Shown one piece after another: positions 21,901-35,769 of a stretch of DNA of 64,000 nucleotides (within the stretch, counting starts at the first letter, position 1; every line of letters starts with the position of its first letter). Below the pieces are notes generated by a model. That model did no database searches and was not told where the DNA came from. It saw only the letters and a program-made list of their open reading frames with translations. Source of the stretch: Balanoglossus misakiensis (lineage: Eukaryota > Animalia > Hemichordata); NCBI GenBank assembly GCA_040954595.2, contig CM082585.2, positions 5,357,808-5,421,807 of the forward strand, in the 5' to 3' direction. A program made the translations under genes and the position numbers.

Positions 21901-24900
21901 AGCCATGGTGGCTCACCTGAGTTCGATACCTAAGACTTTTCATGTAGTCAACCAGAATTCCAAAATGGCCACATTTTGGGCCATGATAAAATTCCGTATG
22001 AAAGAAGCACAACAGACGAATATTTGGAGAGGATTTCCGACGAAACGATTCTAGACCACAAACACCGCAAGCAGTGATAATTACCAAAGCGCTAGCGAGT
22101 GCTCGACTTTTTTTTACCAACAATGCATTTCAGCATCCTGTTATTTGACCCTTTACCTCTGTCCCAGTGTGAGGAATGCACCCTTATCGGCGAACTTGGA
22201 AGCTCTGGCACCACCTTTGGCCAAGGCAAAATTACCCCTTGTCAACACAGGTGGCGGTGTTCTCTCTTCCTTAGCGCCGGCGTCGCCCTTGTTTCCTGTC
22301 AGGGCTTGGTGAGTCCGTTCGTATTTGGTTTGCTGGAAAATCAAATACAATGTAAATGTATACTACTGTCAGAAATCACTTATATGGATACATGTGATGT
22401 TTTTACTATAGTATTCATCGAATACACCAATTTAGTAAGTTTTTGTATTGACCAAAAATTGACAGACAGGAGTATGTATTTTTTCTCTATTTGCATATAC
22501 AGCCTTGGGTTGATCTTTGCCAATCGATGATTGAGCATAATTCAGCGAGCATGATATATTTAAAAACGACTCAAACCACCCAATTAACGTCAGACTGAAG
22601 TCTCTTTTGATGCTGAAAAGTTGAACCGCGCTTACCGCTGTTGTAATCTCTCTCAGGGCACCAATGGACAACTGTGTTCTCAGCTGATCGTTGGCCTGGG
22701 TCATCATGTTGCTCTCTTCCACAATCAGATTATTGGTGTAGTCCATGAATCCAGTGATGCCGTTGATCACACGTTCAAGCTGACAATGAAAATTAAAGCT
22801 CCATTAGCTGCAACGTTTCGCTATGTGTTCAGCATTTTCGTTTTGTGTATCTACTGCAGTTTCTTGTTCGAATCACTTAAGCATGATGGAATTCCCAGTA
22901 TCCAGCTTGTTAATGCAACATATGTGTATGGTCAGCATTGTTATTGTGTAAAATTTGTATTCTAGTCCGGACTACAATTCATTTAACTGTCAACAATAAC
23001 AATGGCCATTACACACATACAGGCTATGTTGACAAATTGAATACTGTATATGAGCATGCATTTTGGAATAAAACGAGAAATTGCATTTGGTATAACACAA
23101 ATACTGAAAATAAAGCGAAAAGTTACATCTAACGTCCCTTTTATAATAGAATTGTACGTTCGTCGTCGTCAGAGTTTGAAAACTTGCTTGTGGTCCCACT
23201 GTGGTTTTCATTTTTGGCTTTCTTGCCATCATGTCTATACCAATTACAAAATATACTTTAATTAGGATTTAGCTGTGGTTTTCCTCACCTCCTTTTCGAC
23301 AAGAGTCGATGTGCAGGTCGCTGTGACTTTGAGCTTCAGTGGGTCCACTCCCTCCATCATTGCCATGGCAATAGAATGCCTGCGTTGTCCACGTGGTACA
23401 GGGCTTGGTGCCCAGTCAGCTGATTCGCCAGCGGCTGCACCATCAGTCTTGTGAAGAATCAAATACTTGAGATTTCAATAACTGTTTGCCATGAACACAT
23501 TAGATATTTTTGTAAATTTCACATCCAACAATAGCCAGAGCCACAAAACTTTCGGTTTCAAAAATTGTGGGGTTTACCACAATCATAGTGTATTCAAGCG
23601 CGCTAGGATCGACATCATGCATCAGAGCGGAGACAGTTTTAATATCCTTGCAATTGGGTCGACTTACCAATCTTCAATCATTTGGAATCTATTAAATGCT
23701 AATAATAGATTTCGGGTTAATTGAATTCACTCTGTATATTCACAAAAACAAATCAAATCACCCTCCTACTCACCCTTGCCAAAGCGTCGAAAGAAGCGTC
23801 TGTTTGTGCTGCCTGAAATAATAAAAATGTAGCACGTCATTGCCACCTTACTCCATGCTGGGGAGTCAAAACGAGACAATAAAATGCTAGGGGGTCAAAG
23901 AGAAACAACAGAATGCTAGGGAGTCAAAAAAAAAGAAATAACGGTACTTGAATGTTTCAAACCTGGTGGGTCACAAAAATGTCTTCGATCATAGTCATGA
24001 GCTGCTTCGACTTCGGCATCCTGACTTCGCGGATCCGTTTCATCGGAATCAGTTCGTTCGAGGTCGGCTCCGCTCCGAACGCGTCCGCCATTGCTTCAAA
24101 CTCGTCCTCGTACTTCCTGTTGGTCACTTCCTTCGTATCGTACGGATCGCTGTAAGCACTGCCACTGTCCACTTGGCTGGCCACTTCACTCATCTCCTCT
24201 ATGGCGCTTTGCAAGTTTCCTTTAGCTGTGGTTTCCTGCATCAAGACAAACAAATTTGCCAGCCTGTTGTTAATAATTTTGAGGATGGTATACTCATCGC
24301 ATGTGGTATACATAAAGATGTGCTATATGTCTTATTAGCATTCATTCATTCATTCATTCATTCATTTATTCATTCATTCATTTTTTTTCTTTCTTTCTTT
24401 GATTCATTGATTGATGTATTCATTTATTCATTCATTCATTCATTCATTTACTAGTATTCGGAAATTATTCAAAAAAATTGCCTGAACACACGCGTTTGAC
24501 ACTGTTACCTTTCCATTTCTGTTGCCTAGAATTTGCACATTCTTTTGTTTTTTCTTCTGCTGAATGATCTGCATAGTCATAGTTCCCATTTTGGTCTGTC
24601 GTCCAGCCTGCTTGACAGCTGTTTCCGCCTTGTCGAGTTGGCCAATCAGGGTGTCCTTCTCTTCTGTCAGGGCGTCGATGTCTTTGTAAGCTTTATTCAG
24701 ATTGGCCTCTGTCTCCTCCAGGTCCCGCGTCAGCATTTCGCATTGGTCGACGAGTCGAAGGATTTCCTCTTTTTGGTCTACGGGTTCCTGTTCTTTAGTC
24801 TGCGGGGCCGGGACTTTCACAGTCTTGGCCTCCATTTTCTTTGCCTACAAACGAAAATGCGCCGACTTTAAGAGATTTGTATTCTTGTCGTGTCGAAACC

Positions 24901-27900
24901 AACGGGTTCATTGATAAAACAATGAATACGGCCATATTTCAGAGAAGTACTTCCAAACCTTTACCAAGGTATGGCGAAACTGAGGTTACCTGCAAAACAT
25001 TTTGGATGTACGCATGTGCAGATTGGCATACCATTGCAAGCAATGCAGTTGCTTGAATTAAAAATTGGTGTCGAAACAACACTGAACTGGTGTATTACTG
25101 ATTCGTGCACTGACTGAATACATCCGGGAACCAAAGCATTACCTCGGCTTCCGCCTTTGCTGCCTTCAACGTCTCCATAACATGTGACTGTAATTTTACC
25201 CAATTAGAAGATAGATTGGTTCTGTAGTGAAGATGGCATCTGCACTGCGGGCAATAGTGATCGGGCTTCTCGCCTGGTTCCCGGGGTCTGCATAAGTAAA
25301 CGCAAACAGTCAACAGGTCTGTAAAGATGGCGTGTAAACTATGGTGTTTGTTCTTGCAACCGCAATATGGTTATGAATTGTGTCGTAGAACAGATAGTAG
25401 ATTCGAGATGATATATGCCTCGTTCAACAAGCGTTGTGTATACAGTTATGCCTATTAGTACATAGTGCGGTACGGTGTGGTGTGGTGTTGTGTAGTGTAG
25501 TGAAGTGTAGTGAGGCGTGGTGTAGTGTAGTGCAGTATCAGTACAGTATCAGTACAGTACAATACACTACAGTACATTACGGTACGGTACGGTATGGTAC
25601 GGGACAGTAAGAGCTGTACAGTAAAGTCGATACGGTCGAGTAGAGTCGATAGAATCAATTGGCTTTCCACTACCGTGGTCTTCCATTCTTCTCGGCGTCG
25701 ACTTGGCTCTCCAGTCTCTTGATTTTCCGCTCCAGTTTCCGGCACTCGTCCCTCATTTCGTCGTGCTTCATTTCCAAGGCACATATGATGGATTCCTGGG
25801 AGAATGAATCAAATGTGTCATTTGCATTGTTTCGTACTGTAGACATAATGATGAATTGATTGCGGTGCCGTAGTAGTTTATTAATCTACCTGGACGATAA
25901 TCATAACGGAAAAACAATAAATATGTTAATATATTCTTGATCAATAAAACGATTTATAGTTCAGATCAAGTGTTCTACCTGTGAAATATATTTTTAGTAC
26001 ATTTTGAGAATACCTTCTATCTTCGTTAAAAAACTTGTTGTTCCCAGACAAACTTGCTATTAATTTCGAAAAAAAAGCGAGTGAACAAAAGTACCTTTTC
26101 CTCGTTGTCCATTTCAAAATCTTTTAGTTTCAGTTGCAACGCGTCGTTTTCTCTTTCGAAGTTAGCAGCCCTCTGGCGGCAGTCTCGTAGCTGGGCTTTC
26201 AAAATGAACGAGTCCTGGCCAGGTGCACCGTATCCACTCTGAACGAATAAAAAGTGATTATTTGGTAACATGGTAATGACAGTCGCTGATTTTCCGCTCA
26301 TTGCAAAATCTCGCGAGACTTCGTTAATAACCGTGGTCAAGATTTGTGTGAACTAGAATAGACACTAGGTGTAGAGTTTACAAAAAAAATAACTTTTGCA
26401 CCGTTAAACACGATGGGCCACGTGTTGTTAGTCCTGTTTCACATCATAATGTCCTCCCATATAAACTGCCTGGCCAGGCAAATCTCGCAGGATCTCATGG
26501 CGTTCGGAATAGGGTCTATTGAGCAAGATGATAATGTCACGAAATCTTAAATATTCTTTTAACTCACTTCCGGCTGCCCTATTCTGTATTTCCGGCCAGT
26601 GTTGAATGTCTCCATCTCATCCAAGTCCGGACTCCAAGTCTCTCCCGCCCCACCGTTGGCCTGCAGTTGACGCAGCTTCTACAAGAATACAAGAGCGTAC
26701 CACTAGATTTAGCAGCGGGTTTACAGCGCATGCGTTTATAGTACATGTATTGAACATTTATCGTCAGACATTTAGTAAACCTGATAATGTGGCCATTTCT
26801 CGTGCCTTAATATTATTTCCTTTCGTTTACGTGTTGCTCAAAATGGTCCAAAGAACTACCGAAGGCCAGTAAGTGTGTTACTCATGCAAACCGTTGGTGG
26901 CGCTATTACTCGGCGCCACCAGTGTTGGAAGTGCGATTTACCTTCTTCAGTCTCACGAGTTTGTCTCTGTACTGTTCCAGTTCCTCCTTCAGAAACGCGG
27001 CTTCGTTCGTCAGTTTGGCATTCTCTTCCACCCACTTGGCAGAAATCTGTCGGGGGAAAATTGTGAAGTTGCCGACAGTGATAGAATCAAGGGTTTTTGA
27101 AGCGGCATACTCTTATCAAAATATTCAAATTACCCAACATTGGACAGAATAGACAAACTACATTGATAAGAATATAAACCCTTCAATTATGCCCACCTGT
27201 TTTTGGTCATTAAGCTCCACTTCAATGCTGAAAAATATATCAGAAAAATAAAACATCAACGATGTGGGTTTTTTATTTTATTTTCCAAGTCACTCATAAA
27301 ACACTGATGGTGCCTGTTCTATCATACGTATATAAGACTTTCATTTTGCATTATGTGGTTTCCTGGTTGTTTATTCGTTCATGCAATCACTCGGTCACTC
27401 TCATTCATCCATTCATTCTGTCTTTCATTCATTCATTCATTCATTCACTCAGAAATTCATTCATTCATACTGTCATTCATTTATTCATTCATTCATTCAC
27501 TCACTCACTCATTATTCTATTCATCCATTCCAAGTACGTGCAATTGCCTACCTGGCTGCCTTTTCACATTGTTTTTCAAAAATTGTCAAAATTTCCTGCA
27601 GTTTGGTTTCCAGATCATGGATATCTACAGCAAAGAGAGAATCGAGTTATCGAAAGATGATAATTTCCTACAATTAAGCGCTCGAAAATTAAATGTATTC
27701 CAAGGCAGATTCCAGGGACAGATCTGATAGAGTAGGCGAGGGAGGGGAGATGAGATGTTCTTTCTTGCAGACAATGAATGACGTCATTGGTAAATTTGAA
27801 AGTGTCGTTCACTCAGTAGTATTGGTCGTTTTATCGTTGCATAACTAGTAATACAAGTGTTCTTTTCTTAAATTTTGCAAAAAAGCAAGGTTTCGTAAAT

Positions 27901-30900
27901 ATTCAAACTTGAAAATAATGAATATTTATTAAAATCAAGCCACAGACAAACGTACTTGCAAGACCTTCGCTTCGAATAGTCTTCAAGAGGCCGACCACCT
28001 CGTTCGCGGCGTATTTCCAGTGGGCACGTTGATGTTCCTTCATGATGTTCTTCGACTTGTGCGCTGAAATGTTGTAAGAATGTCTACATTCAAACGTCTC
28101 AGAATTTCTCCAACTTTCTGCTGAGAATTATGATTATCGCTATTCACAGATGCATGTTCATTTTTTTGGTATTTTGTCTGAAACCACGTGTACACTCACC
28201 CAATCGCACAGCTTTGAATTTCGCTATTACTGTCTTCTGAAGAACAACCTTCTCCCTGAAAAGAAAGACAGCGACCGCCTGGTTAGGGGTAACCTATACC
28301 TACAACCCAAATGAATTCAGCTTTTCAGTTGGACAGCATACCCCCTTGCTATGTCCGTTGAAGTGCATGTGTTATGTTCGAGGAATTTAACTTTATGTGT
28401 GCGTATGCTTACATCAATGTTATTGTAAAAAGGTTATTCTTTTGAAAATGCGTTCACCTCTACTAATCGTACAACCTTTAAAATCATTCAAAGTGCATTT
28501 ACTGTTCAGTTGCTATTAACTATAACTGTAACGTTCATATTCAGTGGCCAGAATGTTATGACTAGTGAACGGACCTAAACGAAAGGTACTCCATCACACC
28601 GCCAGTGGGGCCGCGCTTACCTTGTTAGGTGGGAAGTGGATTGCCCGCGGGTCGACAGTTTGACAATTTCTTCATTGAGTCTCTTGAGTTTCTCAAATCC
28701 CATTCGAGCGTTCAATAATCCATCTCTGCGAAGATGTGTTCACAGAAAGATTCATACTAAATAATTACATGTATATTAAATAATTACGTATGTATAAATA
28801 CAGACTATGTGGCAACATTGACCCACAATGCAATCCTGCAATATTTATCTCCTCCGAATGAAGTAAACGTCAAATTAAAGTGGTAATAATGAAACTCTTT
28901 GTAGTCACCTGACACTGTCATCCAACGCTGCTTCTTCCTGTTCGTCAAAAGACAACTCGAAAGCCTACCAGACACGAAAGAAAATAAGATTTACCAATAA
29001 AGGTTTTCCGTTGTTTTATGATCATGCTATCCAGAAGGTTTACATACACAACAGTGTAGTTTGGTTGAGTCGCGTAGCCTTAGGTATTGGTCACGTCAAA
29101 GCCTTGGTTTTATTCGGCCCACAATCCTTCAACACAACGACATGAAATAGCTACATGTAGCTGTGGACTGCATGCGGTGAGCTGATACATGTATGCCCGC
29201 GGGTGTAGCCGGGCAGGGTCAGCTCACTCGTTCAGAGATGGCGGTACTTGCGAGCATACCCATCCATAGTCTAAAGTTCATAGGTCAAAAATATACAGTA
29301 TTTAAATACATGGCCAGTTGACATTGCTGTCGACCGAGTCAGGATAGCTTGCTTGCTCTGGGAGGATTGTGAAAAGATGCTAATCACATACACTACATAG
29401 TGTTGCATACTCTGACCAATTCAAACGAAAGATTTTTTCCAAAATGCAATTTTACACGCTGGGGGCGCTTTAATATCTCTCAGTTGTTACATACCTCTCC
29501 GCCCGCTTCAGTAAACAACTGGAAGAAAAAGAGAAATAATGGTAAAAAGAATTGTTTTAACATATCTTACTCCGCCACTCATTACATAACACGTTAAGAA
29601 TACAGATTTGCTTTATTTTCAATCATGATTGGGAACGTTTTCTCGGTAATAAATGAATTCATGAACTGTACGATATAACGTTCTGGACCACGGTGAAATT
29701 TTACATTTCACATTTGCGAGTTAGTTGGGAAACTCGGTGATGAATAAAACACGCAAGACGTTTTTTGGCATACATTGCAAACTGAACACGACGTGTGTTT
29801 CGCGTTTTTAGCATATTTATTTCGTTCTAAATACATATCACCACGAATATTCGCGTTTGCAAAGACTGGTCAAATGTATCGATGCTTGGTCCCAGGTCAT
29901 GATGTCGTTTTAGACTTGCGTTAGGCCTCTATTTTCAGTTGTCCAAAACAGGTGCACCCGCATATAGAAAGTTTTGAGTGCGGAACTTAGCAACAGTTGA
30001 GTACATTATCTGTGGCAATAAGCGTAATGTCAGCGCTCTGTGTTACCTCTAGACTAGCCCACTATACTCGCTTGGTGATTTTTGAATCTCAATACTTTTT
30101 TGTGTTTGCGGGGTTTTTTTTGTCTTCATAAATAGTTTCAAAACTTTTTGCGTGCACGCTTGCTTTGAGCGTGTTTCTAGTAGTGAGTTTAGTTTCGAAT
30201 TTTGGACTGAGCTCACGGTTTTGGTTTAGCGTCGACCAAGCTGCGCGTTCCCTTGATGTACATACGCGCTCACACTCGGTGACTTTTACTTCACACACGG
30301 TACATAGAGAAATTCGGAACAGGTTTTTTAAATGTATTTATTATGAAATGATGAAGCCCATAGACTTGGAGCAAGTCTATGTTACCTCACCTAAGAAAAT
30401 ATGTAGATCATCACGACTCGGACCCTTCTTTTTGTTAAACAAAAACCTAGATGTGACCTACATTCGCAGATTATCGCCTCGGAGTGTGTATTAAAGAAGC
30501 GGGATGATAACACCCCCATACTTAGCATTTTACCATCTACAGGAGCAATTGAGGTACTGTCTAGTCGCACCATAGACCCTAGGGTCTATGGTCGCACGAG
30601 AAAACTGTTTACATTTACCACTGCACGAGGAATAGCTCCCGGACTTGCTGTGCGGTCTACATTCACTTCTTGCACGATTATTTCATGTCTTTTCTAAATT
30701 TATCTCATTTTGATGGTAGGCGGAAGTCGCGGGGACCTATTACTGTAACTCCCGCAAGACACTGTGTATTCCTCGTATTTCATAGCGGCATGTAAGAAAA
30801 ACATGTAGGTTTCCAGGAATCCAACGAAGCTGGCTTTGTCGATTGCATGCAGCGCGTAGGCTGCATTACCGAAGCCGTTAGCAAAGCTCTACTTTCTGAC

Positions 30901-31592
30901 GTATAGTATTGAATCCACCTATATACTTACATCTGCCAGGGAGGATAATATCTGAAAGTAAAAAGGAAACCGGTAGATGAAAAATAGATCATAAAGGTAT
31001 CATATTAAACATTTTGTACATAAGACTCTGATAATTCTTAATACTCATTGGAGAGAATAACCCGAACACACATTTTAGTCCGTCTTTTTGACACATAATG
31101 TCCGGTCGAAAATCTGTTGCCATAGCAACTGGTGTTTTTTAAAGTATCCGATTCAAGCACGCGAGCATACCTCGTCCTTGTCACCAGTCGCGTCTTGTAA
31201 TTGATGATCAATATCCTTATATCGGTCTATGAAGTTTCTCATCTGGTATTTTAGCTGTAAACGAGAAAGAAATCAGAACTTGTGAAGTATATGATGGTTG
31301 GGGGTGTATGCGCAGCCTCAAGGTAGCTCTTGATTTCTCCTCCCCCCCCCTCATCTTACCCGCTCCCCGTTTGATCCAAACCCACAAAGCCCCCCTTCCC
31401 CTCCCCTTTCCTGACGTAAAAGACACGCAGCTATATTTGTATTAAATTTTAAATCACGACCATCATGGTTATTGTCATCGTGAACGTTTGAATGTGACTT
31501 CAAAGGAATCGCCAACTTTACCTCGCCACTTTCTAAGCCATCGATGTTAGCTGACAGATCACTCAAAGTCTGGTCCTATGAAGATGTGAAAA

Positions 31593-31625
<33 letters not shown>

Positions 31626-33116
31626 CATACATACATACATACATACATACATACATACATACATACATACAGACATACAGACATACAGACATACAGACAT
31701 ACAGACACACACACACACAGCAAAAAAACTTCAATATAAATGTGTAAGTCAATCTGCTGTACATACATTTAACAGATCAAAAGACTATGAACATTGTCAA
31801 CTCGTAATGGATACAGACATAATCATACGTTATGATGCATTATTCTTCCACTTTTTGCAGGAATCATTTTTTTTTCTAAAACAAAAATGAATAGACGACG
31901 AAGTTGCGAGTGCAAGTTATTTTCCATCATACTAGTGTCGGTAACTGCATCTGGGAATGGGTGTAAACAGACTGTTCGAATTATCTGCGTTGGCGTGACG
32001 GATAACACTGGGGATAAATCATTTAATCACGCTAATCGATAATTGATAAATGTTTTTGGCAAAATACACATGAAAGAGTTTTACTTACGTCTTGGCTTGC
32101 ATCGTACATCTCTTCAAACTCGTCCAGTGCCTATGGGGGTGATGTGCGATGTATTAGCTTTCTTGGAAATTTTAAGGGCTTTAGATCAATGGATTTCTTG
32201 CGTAAACAGGATTGTAAATACAATAATAGAAGAACTTGTTTTCACGGTACAAGTTTTGGAGGGTGGGTCATCATACGCATGCGCATTGCTGTAACAGTGA
32301 CAGGATCCAAACGATGCACCCCATAGGACATTTCATAGCAACAGGATGACATTTGGATAAGCCGGTTGAAGCTATTAAACTTAGAACTAAATGTAAGACA
32401 CAAAATATTGAGTTGCACAAGTTTTCGAATCGTTTGGGTCAAGGGAAGACTGACTTCACTAAAGTCGCACGTATCCGGTTGTTGACAGCGGTTTTTTTTT
32501 TATATTTTGTAACTCCAGTGGACGATTATTATTATTTTTTGTTACATCAATGTCACCTTGTCAGTGTTAAAAATAATAAAGGCGAAATTTAAACATGATA
32601 CAAAAAGTGATTAAAAAGTTTAAAACCCGGTCTTTTCAGAAAGGGTAAAATGACGACCGTAGACGGGTAGTTTTACTAGCGTGTACGATGTAAGAAGTTG
32701 CATCACATATACTAGCTGTGGTGCGCAGCTGTACCGTTGGGGGGGGGGGGGTGCTGATTTATACCCCCCCCCCTCCCCTTTCCCCCAACGGTACAGCTGC
32801 GTACCACAGCTACACATATACGTACTTTTGTCAGCCTGGTCGTGATATCACCCAGTTTTGACTCCATCTTAGTCTTATTTTCGGATTCACTCAAGGCAGA
32901 GAGTGACAAGTAGGCGCTGCCGACGCCATCAGTGTCCGAGAATGAGGGTTTGAACTGCACAGCAGATTCGTCCATCGTGGTTGGTGCTATCATTGCCGGG
33001 GCCATCATGACTAGCGCCGGTTCAGCGGTCAGGTTCGGACCGGCGCCGACGCGTCCGGTCCGTCTCCGCTCGCCGTAGGGAGATTTCACAAAACGCGTTT
33101 TTTTGCTGCTGCTCAT
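18941..33116 (-). CDS. Large uncharacterised coiled-coil protein, more than 20 exons
   Basis: First exon 33116-32826 (MSSSKKTRF...TTRLTK|GT) joins in phase 0 to 31254-31171 (LKYQMRNFIDRYKDIDHQLQDATGDKDE). Further exon-like segments with GT/AG ends lie near 28.9k, 28.7k, 28.2k, 28.0k, 27.6k, 27.0k, 26.6k, 26.1k, 25.7k, 25.2k, 24.5-24.8k (EILRLVDQCEMLTRDLEETEANLNKAYKDIDAL), 24.0-24.2k, 23.3k, 22.7k, 22.2k, 21.5k, 20.5k and 19.4-20.0k. Probable last exon DYMAAPKIHYINFG...LMSS-TAG. Some internal boundaries are uncertain and no family was recognised. Confidence 0.7.
20060..20277. mobile_element. TA-flanked MITE, family B (Tc1/mariner-like), copy 1
   Basis: tactgtaaaacatgttatttt...aaaataacatgtgtttacaata; colinear with 48837-49047. 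Confidence 0.8.
21349..21460. mobile_element. 112-bp foldback MITE with 23-bp perfect TIR
   Basis: cattctccgtacagagattgtag ... ctacaatctctgtacggagaatg, flanked by atttcaggg / gtttcaggg. Confidence 0.8.
23855..23940 (+). repeat. Three imperfect ~29-bp tandem repeats (atgctrgggrgtcaaa...)
   Basis: Directly visible in an intron. Confidence 0.75.
24339..24450 (+). repeat. (CATT)n microsatellite; similar tract at about 27400-27525
   Basis: Directly visible. Confidence 0.85.
30571..30590. mobile_element. 20-bp perfect palindrome with perfect 7-bp flanking direct repeat (copy 2)
   Basis: gtcgcac [catagaccctagggtctatg] gtcgcac. Confidence 0.75.
31116..31129. promoter_or_regulatory. RFX X-box motif GTTGCCATAGCAAC
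   Basis: Matches the GTTGCCATRGCAAC consensus; lies in intron 2 of the coiled-coil gene, about 40 bp from an exon. Confidence 0.5.
31597..31718 (+). repeat. (TACA)n / (CAGACATA)n / (CA)n microsatellite
   Basis: Directly visible. Confidence 0.95.
32713..32812. mobile_element. 100-bp non-autonomous element with TAG...CTA termini and 9-bp TSD (Academ/AcademH-like)
   Basis: TIR tagctgtggtgcgcagctgtaccgttggggg / cccccaacggtacagctgcgtaccacagcta, flanked on both sides by cacatatac. Confidence 0.8.
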
Positions 33117-33686
33117 GATTAGTACATGTCATATTTTGTCTGTGGGAATGTATTGGGTTTTTTGCATACTTCAAACAGCAAAAAGCAACGGTGAATGTAT
33201 TTTTGTCCCGCTTTGTCCTGATTTTGAACAATCCCCTCAACACGTGCTTTCTGTTATTGTCTACAAGGCATATTGGGAAAAGCGATATACCGCATTGGGT
33301 CAGGGGTCAGGAACGCGCGAACACGCGGACAGAGGTTGCCTGGATACGGCGGCCGCACAAATACTCCGAACCCGTACACTGTCACGTGACACTGACAAAG
33401 GTTCTTTCCACCTGCACTCTGTGTATTCGATTGGATTGCTCACTTAATTACCATAATTATGAAATTATAATAATGAAAAATTATTACAGGAAAATTGGAA
33501 AAACGAATTGATCTCTTTCACATTGGCAGACAAGAAACTCAACCAGTCAAATAAAAAGAACCTTGTTCAACACCTTAACTGTATCGGAATTGAAGTATAG
33601 TAAATTCAAATATACATGTACATTTTTTCAGTATTGAATATTACTCTTCAAAGTCACTGTCTCAAACCATAAATCTGCTTTAATAA

Positions 33687-33688
33687 AT

Positions 33689-33739
<51 letters not shown>

Positions 33740-33812
33740 TATGTAAGGAATCTAAAGGAATCTAAATCACAGCGTAAAGATACGCATGACAAAATGGCAT
33801 GAAAAAGCCCAT

Positions 33813-33887
<75 letters not shown>
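33687..33887 (+). repeat. Two (TTTA)n tracts
   Basis: Directly visible at about 33687-33740 and 33812-33887. Confidence 0.95.
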
Positions 33888-35769
33888 CGAAAGAGCAACG
33901 ACACGAAGCGAGTACAGCGGTATTATCTTTGGAAATACGTAGGCCTACCTGGAAACGGTTATCTGGGTTGTTTTCGTGGCTTCAACACACGCATTCTGGC
34001 ACTGTGTGACTCAGCAAAATTTGAATGAGCAAAACCTGAAATAAATGAGCGGGTGTTTAATTTTAAACGTTTATCAGTTTCAAATATATTGTTATAGGTG
34101 TGAATAATAATTGGTTATTAAAACAAAATCAGTTTCAACACCAAACTTATTGCTTAGTCGATTTATGTCGTTATCGCCATACATAATACGTCATTAGATG
34201 ACGTAATTAGATATTTGTAAACGCCATATAAATATCCAGAATGACCGCGATATAGGGATAAACCAGATTCATTGTTCGGGGGGGGTAAGAAAAAGCTATA
34301 TCAAACTTCGGAGACAACGGTTAGACCCAATTGACGGGGGAAAATTGTTCGTGTGTCGTTTTTTTCTGATACAAATAACGTATGTTATTACAAATGTAGT
34401 ACATAGCGCAAAGTATTAAAGTACTTCACTCCGGGTTTAACAAGACAAAATCATCTGGATTAGATAAATGGTGCGTGGATGCACATAATTATACATGTAT
34501 TTAGTTTGTCTACGTTTGATTGACAGTCATGTGCAAATTAGGAGTGACGTATACTCTAGTCAGGGCGCGCGCGCTCAATTACACGCAACAAGCAGCTCAA
34601 ACGTCGTCAGGTACCTGATGACTTTTTCCTGTATAAATAACAAAACGCGATATTTTCGGCAGTTTTCTTTTGTGTTACTTATTTGGCGTCGGTTAATGAG
34701 CGCGCTTCTCCAGTGTTACTCGAAGTACCGAATGGGCGTCTTCATTTAAGGGTAATTTGACATGGAGTTAATTTAACCCAAACCCTCGTTAAAAACTGCG
34801 GGCAGAGTCGCGCCTTTGCGTGAATGGTTTGGCGCGGTTGCCCACGTCGAGAGACCCGTGCGTTCTCATTCGTGACGATAGTGGCAGAAATGTCAAAAGT
34901 TGAAGCCGTTTAAGGAAATAAAATAATGTGAAAATGTCTCGTTTGTATTTGTTGGGGGGAAGTGACTGTGTGATTAGCGTCGCGTCCTGTTCTATACGCA
35001 ACGCGGACGCGCATTTCTTTTTCAGTATCACACAGTCTTGGAGCAAGACTAGGGGGAAGTATATTATTGCGAGCAGCCGTCCTTTAAAAATGCAAGGAAA
35101 GCTAAACTCAGTATTTAGCGTGATATGTGCTGTAACGAGATTGGTAACCTCTGGGGGCGGGGATGATATTAATCTTAATTGGGGGGATTTCGTGAGAGGG
35201 GGGGGGGGGCTTATATGGAAAAGTAAATCATCGCATATTGAATCTTGACAGAAGATTATGGCGTCATATGTGACTCAGTTTGCTATACGTCGTGAATTGC
35301 TGTCGGACACCAGAATTTTCACACCCCGGGCACTTACTCCTGGTAAACATTCTGAGCGCGTCTTCTGCCCCGCGCGCAGGCTGATGAACATCGTCACAGA
35401 TAACAAGGCAAATTAAGAGTACGAGAAAAGTAAAAACCATACAATCTTCAAATGAGCATGTTGCTCGATCAAATAAAGGGTATTTTCATGATTCACTTTG
35501 TGGGGAAGGTTGGATTAAAAAAAGGACGTTTCATGAGTGGTACATTTCGGATTTTTGCAATATGTTTGCAGCTTCGAAAATAACGTTCACGTGTGGAGCA
35601 AGTGATGTTGTTGACAAATAAATTCGAGTCCGGACTTGAATTATTTTATTCAACGGTATTAATGGTTACTGTACGCATATAGGCAACGTTGATAAAAAAG
35701 GGTTACCGACTAATTTTCAGTTGCCCTCTTGAACGAGAACGAAAACTGTAAATTTACTCATGTGTATTG

